Shown here: piece after piece, positions 28,881 to 35,933 of the stretch
How positions within the stretch are numbered: position 1 is the first letter of the stretch
How the letters are laid out: the number at the start of each line of letters is the position of its first letter
IMG/VR virus record: IMGVR_UViG_3300037310_000595
Span: 1-36,779 of that record
Strand: one strand, 5' to 3'
Source of the DNA: a virus
Lineage: Duplodnaviria > Caudoviricetes
Length of the DNA stretch: 36,779 nucleotides
The notes under the pieces: generated by a model
The model's input: only the letters and a program-made list of their open reading frames with translations
The model's database searches: none
What the model was told of the DNA's origin: nothing
Position numbers and translations under genes: made by a program

Positions 28881-28990
28881 GTAGAACGGTTTGCGTTACC
28901 TGCGGGGGCAGACAACACAGAACCAAAATTAATCAAACATACCTTTTTGCGCCGTGACGTTGCCACCGTCAGGTGGACGCTTTGTTAGGC
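28881..28990 (-). repeat. attC-like site 3
   Basis: Minus strand GCCTAAC ... GTTCTAC. Arms gcgtcCacctgAcggtggca/tgcccccgcaggtaacgc. Confidence 0.9.
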
Positions 28991-29552
28991 AACCTGCCCA
29001 TTGCGCCGCCATTGCGTTTGCAATACCTGGGAAAAAGCGGGAACGCTCGTGTGATCGGTTTGCTCCAGGTGACATCAAATGTATTCTATGCTCCCTACCT
29101 TCGACTTGATTGGTAGGCTGTAATTCATCCAAATTTTCAAGCCAAAGGCATATCGCTTTTGTTTCACCATGCCCGAACTGATGAGGTTGTATTATCTGAT
29201 TGTATTTTCTTCCGATAATTTCAACCGCGTATTTATGGGGTATAGGATTTTCAATAGCCTTTTTCTTGACAGGTGCGTTCATAATGAGTTTGAAAAACTC
29301 GGCGGCTTCCTGCATTTCACGCCAAAGGTTTCTTTCTGCCAGCCAACGAACACCCGAATTGCATAACCTTGTGCAGGGAGGATGTGCAACCATCAAATCC
29401 CATCCGCTGTATAAAATATCTCGGATGTCGCCCTGATAGTGATTGCCTGGAATTTCCGTAGGCAATAAATCACATGACCAAGACTCGTGACCGAGCGCGG
29501 CGAATGCTTCACGAACAATACCTGAGAACTCACAAGCTACAAGGATACGCAT
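28929..29552 (-). CDS. Short phage-type DNA cytosine-C5 methyltransferase, cassette-borne (207 aa)
   Basis: MRILVACEFSG, SCDL, AHPPC (motif IV), IENP (motif VI) and GIANAMAAQW. Confidence 0.85.
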   Translation of the reverse strand: MRILVACEFSGIVREAFAALGHESWSCDLLPTEIPGNHYQGDIRDILYSGWDLMVAHPPCTRLCNSGVRWLAERNLWREMQEAAEFFKLIMNAPVKKKAIENPIPHKYAVEIIGRKYNQIIQPHQFGHGETKAICLWLENLDELQPTNQVEGREHRIHLMSPGANRSHERSRFFPGIANAMAAQWAGCLTKRPPDGGNVTAQKGMFD

Positions 29553-29558
29553 AGGGTT

Positions 29559-29683
29559 GCCTAACGGTTGCGTAACCTGCCGCCGATTGTAGCGGGCGAC
29601 ACTTCTGCGAACAGTGACATTTGCAGGGGATTGAGTGTGGGCGATTCTGCGCCAGAGGCGGTCAGGTGCACGCTTTGTTGGGC
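29559..29683 (-). repeat. attC-like site 2
   Basis: Minus strand GCCCAAC ... GTTAGGC. Arms gcgtgCacctgAccgcc/ggcggcaggttacgc. Confidence 0.9.
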
Positions 29684-29938
29684 GTTTTGATGTTGCACCA
29701 CCCACTCATTTTCAAGCGTGACAAAAATCTCGTGACGCTCTTTTTCTGGCTTTGCGTAAAACTCCGCGTATTTTTCGGAGTTCAAAACTTCGTAAAGTTT
29801 CAACGTGCAGTCAACGCAGTATTCGTCGTGCGTTTTGCACTTCTCACAACCAAAACGCAAAAACGGGAGCGATGAGAAATCACTATCATCTAAAAGCAAA
29901 AAGCCAGCGCATTGAACATCGAGCCTTTTATTTTTCAT
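29561..29938 (-). CDS. Cassette ORF with CxxC-CxxC motifs (125 aa)
   Basis: GGAG RBS; CEKC..CVDC; TAG stop inside the GTTAGGC core. Confidence 0.7.
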   Translation of the reverse strand: MKNKRLDVQCAGFLLLDDSDFSSLPFLRFGCEKCKTHDEYCVDCTLKLYEVLNSEKYAEFYAKPEKERHEIFVTLENEWVVQHQNAQQSVHLTASGAESPTLNPLQMSLFAEVSPATIGGRLRNR

Positions 29939-30069
29939 AATTTCTCCAAGTTGTTGGGCGCAGGGTCGCGGGACTTTGCACGAAGCGCGATTCTCTGACG
30001 ATAACTTTTACGCCTACCTTGTACACCTGTGTCTTTCGTGTCGCACACATTCCTGTTTTGCAAGGAAAC

Positions 30070-30162
30070 GCCCAACGGCTGGCGTTAGCGGCAAGAGCCA
30101 CTAACTATTTTCGCCTTCGGATTCGCTGGCGTGGCTCTTGTCCGCTGCACGCTTTGTTGGGC
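30070..30162 (-). repeat. attC-like site 1
   Basis: Minus strand GCCCAAC ... GTTGGGC. Arms gcgtgCagcggAcaagagccac/gtggctcttgccgctaacgc. Confidence 0.92.
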
Positions 30163-30286
30163 GGAACAGTTTGCCAAGTGCCACAAACGCAGTATCAAGA
30201 ACCGACGCAATGGCGCAAATTAGGACAAACGCAAGAAACACATTTTGAGATGCCCAATCAAGAATAAGTTTCAAGTTTTCGTTCAT
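30101..30286 (-). CDS. First-cassette ORF, small membrane protein (61 aa)
   Basis: AAGGA RBS; one hydrophobic helix. Confidence 0.7.
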   Translation of the reverse strand: MNENLKLILDWASQNVFLAFVLICAIASVLDTAFVALGKLFRPTKRAADKSHASESEGENS

Positions 30287-30303
30287 GTTTTCCTTTTCTG
30301 GGC

Positions 30304-30345
30304 TTCCGCCCAACTATGTTTTATACAGTAACCGTAATACGGTTA
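30304..30345 (-). other. attI-like recombination site
   Basis: Minus strand GTATAAAACATAG/TTGGGC, with no attC arms upstream. TAAAACATAGTT differs by one base from the attI1 core TAAAACAAAGTT as I recall it. Confidence 0.7.
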
Positions 30346-30617
30346 TTGGAAACAACAAGCCTAAGCCTTCCATCGGCTACGGCCTGCATTTCAACGTCTG
30401 ACAATCTTACAGACCTGACCTTCTTTGCGTCACCAACGGGACGCTTACCGATTTTTGAAAGCGTGCAAGTCTTGGATCCATCCACTCGTTCGTAAATCAC
30501 AACCCTTGCCGACTTTCCACAAACAGGACAGACGGCGAAGTAGCGAAATGATTTATCTTCCACCAATCCCGTGTTTCGGTGTGATTTGTTGTATGGGCAA
30601 ACGTCGTTCACTTTCAT
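30321..30617 (-). CDS. Zn-finger protein with RHH-like C-terminus (98 aa)
   Basis: CPxxxxH...CPVC and KKVRSVRLSDVE motifs; stop codon lies inside the attI-like site. Confidence 0.65.
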   Translation of the reverse strand: MKVNDVCPYNKSHRNTGLVEDKSFRYFAVCPVCGKSARVVIYERVDGSKTCTLSKIGKRPVGDAKKVRSVRLSDVEMQAVADGRLRLVVSNNRITVTV

Positions 30618-30632
30618 TTCATTTTCCTTTTT

Positions 30633-30869
30633 CTACTCTACCGGACCGTGATTGTCGGTCGGATCAATAAACCTCGGATACCCTTTATCCGTTATTTGGA
30701 TGATGACCTGCTGTGGCGCCCGTCGTTCTCGCGCCCGCTGTATTGCAATGGCGATTGAGGAAATTAACCTTTCCTCCTGGTTTGCAGACAAATGCTCGCC
30801 CAATCTTTGCTGCTGGTTTATTCGATTCAACAAAGTCTCTTTATTATTTAGTTGTTGGTTGTCGTTCAT
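30633..30869 (-). CDS. Hypothetical protein (78 aa)
   Basis: GGAGGT RBS. Confidence 0.65.
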   Translation of the reverse strand: MNDNQQLNNKETLLNRINQQQRLGEHLSANQEERLISSIAIAIQRARERRAPQQVIIQITDKGYPRFIDPTDNHGPVE

Positions 30870-30896
30870 TCGGTTCGACCTCCAATCGCCAAAACA

Positions 30897-31661
30897 TTAT
30901 TTTTGTTTGAGCCACTTATCGGCGGTGCTCTTGCTCACACTCACGGCACGGGCGATCTCGGACTGTCCAGGCGTTCGGTTCTCGTTCGCCTGCACTTGTT
31001 CGATATACCGCCGGACCCGTTCGCCTGCCTGTTCATCCGTAGGGAATCCCATTGGGTGTTCGTTCACTGGTTGGGGAACGTTCGTTCGCGGTGCGCGTTC
31101 ACCCGTTCGGATTCGCCCGTTCGTTCGTGTTGCGCGTTCGGGCCGTTCGTTTCGCTGTTGTGCCCGTTCGAGTTTCGCCTGTTCGTTCGCCCGTTCGCGT
31201 TCGTTCGTTCGTTCGGTATGAATGGCAGAGATGGACATCAACAAGCCGGAAGGAATGGACAGCATCGAGATTAAACCCAACGCCGCAACCTTGTATCCTT
31301 CCACCCCGGCCTTGTAGTCAAGCATCACATTGACAGCCAGGGTTACAACCAGATAGATCGCATAGATAATGACTGCCGCAAGTAATGGCGCACGGTTTTT
31401 CTCTGATGTATATTTGCGGTTGTGTTCCCAAAACTGTACCGCCTTGTATATCGACGCATAGCCCAAGCCCTCGATAACGGCACCGTACACCCAGCCAGCC
31501 CACTCATCAAAACCAAGACCGGTTACCTGGTTGATCACATGCGAGTACCCGATATAAGCAGGGATGATTGGCACCAGCAACGGCATTACCTTCGCAAGCA
31601 GGGTTACAAAGGACACTTCCGTACTGTCCATAAATTTAATAATGCGCTGGAAAATATTCAT
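30897..31661 (-). CDS. Multi-pass membrane protein with repetitive linker and C-terminal HTH (254 aa)
   Basis: About four hydrophobic helices; NER-rich linker; QSEIARAVSVSKSTADKW HTH. Confidence 0.75.
   Translation of the reverse strand: MNIFQRIIKFMDSTEVSFVTLLAKVMPLLVPIIPAYIGYSHVINQVTGLGFDEWAGWVYGAVIEGLGYASIYKAVQFWEHNRKYTSEKNRAPLLAAVIIYAIYLVVTLAVNVMLDYKAGVEGYKVAALGLISMLSIPSGLLMSISAIHTERTNERERANEQAKLERAQQRNERPERATRTNGRIRTGERAPRTNVPQPVNEHPMGFPTDEQAGERVRRYIEQVQANENRTPGQSEIARAVSVSKSTADKWLKQK
30973..31214 (+). repeat. Dense single-strand cluster of GTTC(G) motifs
   Basis: About 24 GTTC in ~240 bp by manual count, including tandem gttcgttcgttcgttc. Confidence 0.85.
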
Positions 31662-31663
31662 AT

Positions 31664-31792
31664 TTACGCTCCTGTAAACCAGATGATAGAAAACACAACA
31701 AGAAAAATACAACCTGCCACAACGCCCAGCAGTAGAACGGCCACAAGTTCGGGTCCGTTATCTTCCCGTTCGTCCTCAATTTGTTCGTTCAC
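31664..31792 (-). CDS. Small single-TM protein (42 aa), not in the ORF track
   Basis: Manual translation: MNEQIEDEREDNGPELVAVLLLGVVAGCIFLVVFSIIWFTGA. GTGA overlap with the upstream stop; AAAGGA RBS. Confidence 0.65.
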   Translation of the reverse strand: MNEQIEDEREDNGPELVAVLLLGVVAGCIFLVVFSIIWFTGA

Positions 31793-31974
31793 GGCTCGTT
31801 CCTTTCTTTGCATCTATGGTTCAGGCTTTCGATTTCCTGCTGGCAGTACACGCATACCGGGCGGTTAGGCACTTTCTGCGAAACTTCCTTGCGCTTCTTC
31901 CGCCTGGGTGTAAAGGCTTTGCGGAGTTCCGCCCGAATGTCCAGCGGGGTAAACATCAGTTGAAAGGCGGTCAT
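31789..31974 (-). CDS. Hypothetical basic protein with CxxC..HxC (61 aa)
   Basis: ATGA overlap with the upstream gene. Confidence 0.6.
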   Translation of the reverse strand: MTAFQLMFTPLDIRAELRKAFTPRRKKRKEVSQKVPNRPVCVYCQQEIESLNHRCKERNEP

Positions 31975-32327
31975 TCTGTCATCCTTGATTTCACCAAGAC
32001 TCTGTTCCAGCGGACTTGCTCCCATTCGTAAAGCGCCTGGTCGATGTTGTACGGGTTTCCAAGTTCTGACCTGATCGCGCTCCATAGTGCGCCGATGGTG
32101 GGCACGGTTTGGTAATTTCCATTTTCCCGGATTGCCCGGTCCACGCTCTTTCGTAGCAGCTCCGTTGGCACGCTTCCAAAATGGCGGGCATATTCCTTAA
32201 GTCTGCGTTCGTCGGCAGGTTTGCCAATGGCATCCCACATTCCTTTAAGGATGTCAAGCCACTCACTGTATAATTCCGCATAAGCAGCGGGGGTATCCTT
32301 CAAATCATCAGCGATTGTTTGCAGCAT
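31971..32327 (-). CDS. Replication accessory protein, possible helicase loader/inhibitor (118 aa)
   Basis: Follows the initiator gene; helical; ..AI......PTIG.L pattern. Confidence 0.45.
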   Translation of the reverse strand: MLQTIADDLKDTPAAYAELYSEWLDILKGMWDAIGKPADERRLKEYARHFGSVPTELLRKSVDRAIRENGNYQTVPTIGALWSAIRSELGNPYNIDQALYEWEQVRWNRVLVKSRMTE

Positions 32328-33096
32328 CTTGGGCCATCCTTCTTACAATATCGTCGTTCGTTTCTGCGGGCGTTCTGCTTCTAGCGGGTCTGGTTTCCTT
32401 CACGGTCGTTCTCCCAATCTCCGGGCTTCCGCGTTGGGCATATCCCTTCAAAACTCCCTCGACATATTTCAGGTTGCGGACGTTCATCTTCGCCGCTTCT
32501 TCGATGGCGCGGCAAACCCACACCGGCCCGTAGGTCTTTTCGTGGTCGCCCAGGGCTTCCGAGATCATGGGGGTCAGCGGCCCGATGTTCGATTCGTACA
32601 GACGAAAAACGTTTTGCGTGCCTGCTCCGGTAGTAGATACTTGCTTAATAGAATCTTTCTTAAAATCTTTATTCAACTTACTTTCTGCAACACTTGCGTT
32701 GCGCTGTGCAACACGACTGTTGCTCTGTGCAATACCCGCGTTGCGCTGTGCAATACCGTCAATCCTGCTGGTCATCACGATTTTGCCCGTCTCAGCGTAG
32801 ATGTGGGGGCGGTTCCTCAGATCAGGGGTTAGGTCTTTCAGGTATCCATCGTCACAAAGGGTTTTGGCATGGCGCATTACAGTAGCCTTGTCTACCCCTA
32901 TTGCTCCGCCGATTGTGTCAAGGCTTGCCCTGCAAACCCCGTCCTCCATTTGGCAATACCGCCAGATAGCGCCAAAGACAGCGGCAATTGTCTCGTCGTG
33001 ATAAACAGATACCATCGCGTCGAACAAGGGTGTGAAGCCGGATACCTCTGTGATTATTCTGCGGGGTGTTTGCGGGTTGATTGTTTCCTCGCTCAT
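32308..33096 (-). CDS. Replication initiator, N-terminal HTH plus DnaD domain (262 aa)
   Basis: ASLDTIG..IGV...TV HTH; FRLYESNIGPLTP...AIEEAA..NVRNLKYVEGVLK DnaD motif. Confidence 0.85.
   Translation of the reverse strand: MSEETINPQTPRRIITEVSGFTPLFDAMVSVYHDETIAAVFGAIWRYCQMEDGVCRASLDTIGGAIGVDKATVMRHAKTLCDDGYLKDLTPDLRNRPHIYAETGKIVMTSRIDGIAQRNAGIAQSNSRVAQRNASVAESKLNKDFKKDSIKQVSTTGAGTQNVFRLYESNIGPLTPMISEALGDHEKTYGPVWVCRAIEEAAKMNVRNLKYVEGVLKGYAQRGSPEIGRTTVKETRPARSRTPAETNDDIVRRMAQDAANNR
32640..32754. other. Putative replication origin (three iterons plus AT-rich tract) inside the initiator gene
   Basis: GTTGC(G/T)CTGTGCAA(C/T) at 32698, 32719 and 32740 (21-bp period), next to an AT-rich tract at ~32640-32685. 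Confidence 0.7.
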
Positions 33097-33554
33097 CGCT
33101 CGTTCTCCATTTCATCCTGTAAATCCAGCGTCGAATTGATATGCAAATCAATGGCTTTTTCCAGCGTGATTGATTTTCGCGGCCCGAACCCCTCGATGGG
33201 CCATCGCATGATATAGATCCCGGTGGTATGTACCCACACCAGCAGGGATACGCCGTTGCAATCTGCGTGAGCCGTGAGCCGTCCGGGTTGGTGATCGCGT
33301 AAATGGCTCCATGTCAGGTTGCCGTCGAGTACCGTCTTGGTTTCAGCAAGCACGCTGATTCCGTTTGGCAGTATGCCGCGATGATCGCCGCTGACCGTCT
33401 CGCCGTAGATCACTTTGAAAGTACCCTTCTGCCTGGCCGGGATCAGTTTTACCGGGGTTGCGATGCGCTCCACAAGCTGCACGCCTGCATTCCGCAGGGC
33501 AATTGCCGCCCGTTCCTGTCCGTATGCGCCAATGCGCTGTTCTCGTTTGCTCAT
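33093..33554 (-). CDS. RecU-like Holliday junction resolvase (153 aa)
   Basis: IATPV....GDHRG......AETKT.......HLRDHQ pattern. Confidence 0.65.
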   Translation of the reverse strand: MSKREQRIGAYGQERAAIALRNAGVQLVERIATPVKLIPARQKGTFKVIYGETVSGDHRGILPNGISVLAETKTVLDGNLTWSHLRDHQPGRLTAHADCNGVSLLVWVHTTGIYIMRWPIEGFGPRKSITLEKAIDLHINSTLDLQDEMENER

Positions 33555-33931
33555 AGTCCCATCCCAAGTTGTCCGCCGAACTCGCGTTCAAGGTTCGCTT
33601 CCAATTGGCGGGTATTCTTGAATTGTGTTTCAGCGCGGGCGCGGTTCTCGTACACGCTGGCAAGCCCGTCTTTCAGGTCGGCGGCCCACCAGTACCCAAG
33701 CCGGGAGGAAGAACAGATAAGAGCGCCTTCGTCGTTGGCCTTGTTCATCATGTCGCGCAGGGCGCGGTCGTCCAGGTTGTTGTAGCTTTCATTTTTCGCG
33801 GCTTCATCGCCAAACACTTCGCGCAGTAAATCGCGCTTCTTGATCGCCTTGCCTTGTCCTACGTGGTAGTTTTTCAGAATGTGAACCAGGCGGGCTTTGG
33901 CTTCGTCTGTGGTCGTAATTAAGAATGTCAT
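33551..33931 (-). CDS. Winged-HTH-like phage protein (126 aa)
   Basis: DRALR......G.LICSS...GYW pattern; GAAAGGA RBS. Confidence 0.55.
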   Translation of the reverse strand: MTFLITTTDEAKARLVHILKNYHVGQGKAIKKRDLLREVFGDEAAKNESYNNLDDRALRDMMNKANDEGALICSSSRLGYWWAADLKDGLASVYENRARAETQFKNTRQLEANLEREFGGQLGMGL

Positions 33932-33949
33932 TTTGCATCCTTTCCTGGT

Positions 33950-33980
33950 GGGGCAGGGTGAGGAGATGCACCCTGCCCCT
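33950..33980 (-). terminator. Intergenic GC-rich hairpin
   Basis: ggggcagggtg-N8-caccctgcccc; no clear U-tract on the minus strand. Confidence 0.4.
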
Positions 33981-34025
33981 TATAAGGAGGAGGCTAATCG
34001 GGGATTCCCGTCCCCGGAATAGCAA

Positions 34026-34271
34026 TTAGAATTCTGCGGGCATCGCGTCCCGCTCGGCTCGTACTCGTTCCATCTTCGCCGCGATCTCGGGCGAAATGTT
34101 CGGCTGGTAATATCCGCAGATCGGGTAATGACTGCATCCGATGAATTGCGGGTGCGCCGTGAAGTGCTGGAAGGTTTTCTTCGTAATCACGATCAGTTGA
34201 CTTCCGCATCGCGGGCACGTTGATTCGGGGATCGCCCCCGTCGGGATCAGGTGAATGTCCATTGTCATCAT
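34026..34271 (-). CDS. Topoisomerase-type C4 Zn-ribbon protein (81 aa)
   Basis: CPRCG...FIGCSHYPIC motif. Confidence 0.75.
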   Translation of the reverse strand: MMTMDIHLIPTGAIPESTCPRCGSQLIVITKKTFQHFTAHPQFIGCSHYPICGYYQPNISPEIAAKMERVRAERDAMPAEF

Positions 34272-35389
34272 GCCACACCCGCCAGTTCCATTTGCCCCTT
34301 TGCTTTCAGCGCGGCAGCGTGAACCGCGTGTACTTCCATTCGCACATAATCGGCGGGCACATCTTCAAAGCGTGTCACGCCCAGCCAGTGCAGCAGGGCG
34401 GTCTGCTCTGCGGTCATGTTCTGCGTGCTGGCAATGCCGGTCAGGTATTCGCATATCTCGTACCGTTCGGTCTTTCCACCGGCCAATTTATCAAGCACGG
34501 CGGCGAGTACCTTCTTGTCGTTCTCAGAGCCTTTGTCGAGGTCGGCGGCCCATGCCTGCACCTTTTCACGGATGTACTCAGGCGACCAGGGGCGCTCCAC
34601 TTTCACGCCAAGTTCTGCAAGGTTCGCTTCCTTGCTGCGGGGTTGGTTGGGTTTTGTTTCAGTTGCGTTGCCCTCCACGATTCGAGGGGCGATGTCTGAA
34701 AGGTCCATCTGTTCAAGCGGGGTCTCGTCGGCGGTCATGGCGCGGCTCATCTGAACAGAAAGGATTCCGTATTTGGTGAGAATACGTCGGATGACGGTCT
34801 TTTTTCCCATGTCCTCAAAGTTGGTTGTCCAGGGGCTTTTGTCGTGGCCCCAGCTTTTCGAGTACCGCTTGGCATGTTCTTCCATTTCCTTCTTGCTCAT
34901 ATAAACGGTATGGCTGTACCCGTTCAGGGTTTCAATATAGGCAATGAAGCCGATGGGTTCATCGTTGATCTTCTCGCCCGTTACAGTTACTTCCCCGGTC
35001 TTGCGGTTGGTAGAGACGGTCTCGCCGTTGTAGATCGTGTCCGCGTTGATCGTCTTGTACTGCCCACTGCGTAACGCAAGCTGGATCAGTCCCTTGTATC
35101 CAATCTGAAATTGCGCCTTGTCTACGCCTTTATCCTTGTACGGCACCATCCACGCCTGCCCGAGATTTTGTTCAATGGGCAGGTTCAGGCTGGCGGCAAG
35201 CATGGCGGCGTTGATTACACTCATCGGGGCGCAGAATTTCAAGCGGTCGTTCGTGTTTACAGCCGTCAGCATGGATGCAATAAAAGCGTTCGCGTTCTCT
35301 CCCTGCACCTTTTGAAAGGCTTCCTGTATCTCGGCGCGGGTGGTAAGTTCTTTCAATTCCTTTTGTGCAATGGTAATTGCGTTACTCAT
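34268..35389 (-). CDS. recT: RecT-family single-strand annealing protein (373 aa)
   Basis: LNLP....GQAWMVPY, AQFQIGYKGLIQLALRSGQY, PW..NFEDMGKKTVIRR motifs. Confidence 0.92.
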   Translation of the reverse strand: MSNAITIAQKELKELTTRAEIQEAFQKVQGENANAFIASMLTAVNTNDRLKFCAPMSVINAAMLAASLNLPIEQNLGQAWMVPYKDKGVDKAQFQIGYKGLIQLALRSGQYKTINADTIYNGETVSTNRKTGEVTVTGEKINDEPIGFIAYIETLNGYSHTVYMSKKEMEEHAKRYSKSWGHDKSPWTTNFEDMGKKTVIRRILTKYGILSVQMSRAMTADETPLEQMDLSDIAPRIVEGNATETKPNQPRSKEANLAELGVKVERPWSPEYIREKVQAWAADLDKGSENDKKVLAAVLDKLAGGKTERYEICEYLTGIASTQNMTAEQTALLHWLGVTRFEDVPADYVRMEVHAVHAAALKAKGQMELAGVA

Positions 35390-35392
35390 GTC

Positions 35393-35611
35393 CTACTCCT
35401 CCGGGTTCTCGGTCTGTTTGCTCGACCACGCCATAAGGTCAAGTACAGTCGCGGTACTCGGGCGCTTGTCGGTATGCTTGATGAAATCCACAACCAGTTC
35501 ATCCAGCGAAACATGCAAAAGCGCGTGCCGGTGCTGGTGTTCGTGGTTCACCTTACATTCGGGGTTATCGCCCGCGATCTCGTAACAACAACAATCATTT
35601 ACTTTATCCAT
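35393..35611 (-). CDS. Hypothetical protein (72 aa)
   Basis: AAGGAG RBS; Cys/His-rich N-terminus. Confidence 0.65.
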   Translation of the reverse strand: MDKVNDCCCYEIAGDNPECKVNHEHQHRHALLHVSLDELVVDFIKHTDKRPSTATVLDLMAWSSKQTENPEE

Positions 35612-35705
35612 CGCTTTTCTCCTTAGTGTTATAATTGGCGTGTGCAGGTAATTCATTCCTGCCCATCGCTTTGTAAACGTCCTGTCTTGTGCAGGGCGTT
35701 TGCAT

Positions 35706-35933
35706 TTAAGAATGCTTCTTGTGGAATTCGGCAATCGCCTGCTTGATCTGCTCTGCGTTCATCGTGGCGATGCGTCCGGTCACCACGTTATCCTGCTGTC
35801 GGCTGTCGGTTCCTGCCGTCGTGGATACGAAGTGCTGTACCTGTCCGTTCACCAGAACGTCGTCGCCCTGGGTGTATAACGGGATGGGTTGGGGTTCCTG
35901 TCTTGGTTTCTTTCGCTTGGGGAATAACTGCAT
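35706..35933 (-). CDS. Hypothetical protein (75 aa)
   Basis: GAAAGG RBS; overlaps the tail of the LexA-like ORF in another frame. Confidence 0.5.
   Translation of the reverse strand: MQLFPKRKKPRQEPQPIPLYTQGDDVLVNGQVQHFVSTTAGTDSRQQDNVVTGRIATMNAEQIKQAIAEFHKKHS

Larger units (their letters stand above)
26325..30345 (-). mobile_element. Integron-like gene cassette array (attI-like site plus ~10 cassettes; no intI in window)
   Basis: Nine attC-like hairpins, essentially one ORF per unit, and complementary cassette-end cores. Confidence 0.88.

Noticed and set aside
29953-29964. Lone GTTGGGC core inside cassette 2
   Set aside because: No matching arms or partner core found; at most a remnant.
26635-30162. 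Hairpins read as ordinary rho-independent terminators or REP elements
   Set aside because: They lack U-tracts, have conserved asymmetric bulges and AAC/GTT cores, and ORFs read through them.
26325-30345. CRISPR array interpretation of the recurring AACGG..GCGTTA motifs
   Set aside because: Units are degenerate long hairpins separated by gene-sized, variable ORF-containing segments, and no cas genes are present.
35604-35705. 33-aa ORF filling an intergenic gap (a similar one lies at 36469-36570)
   Set aside because: Plausible from its spacing, but too short and motif-free to support.
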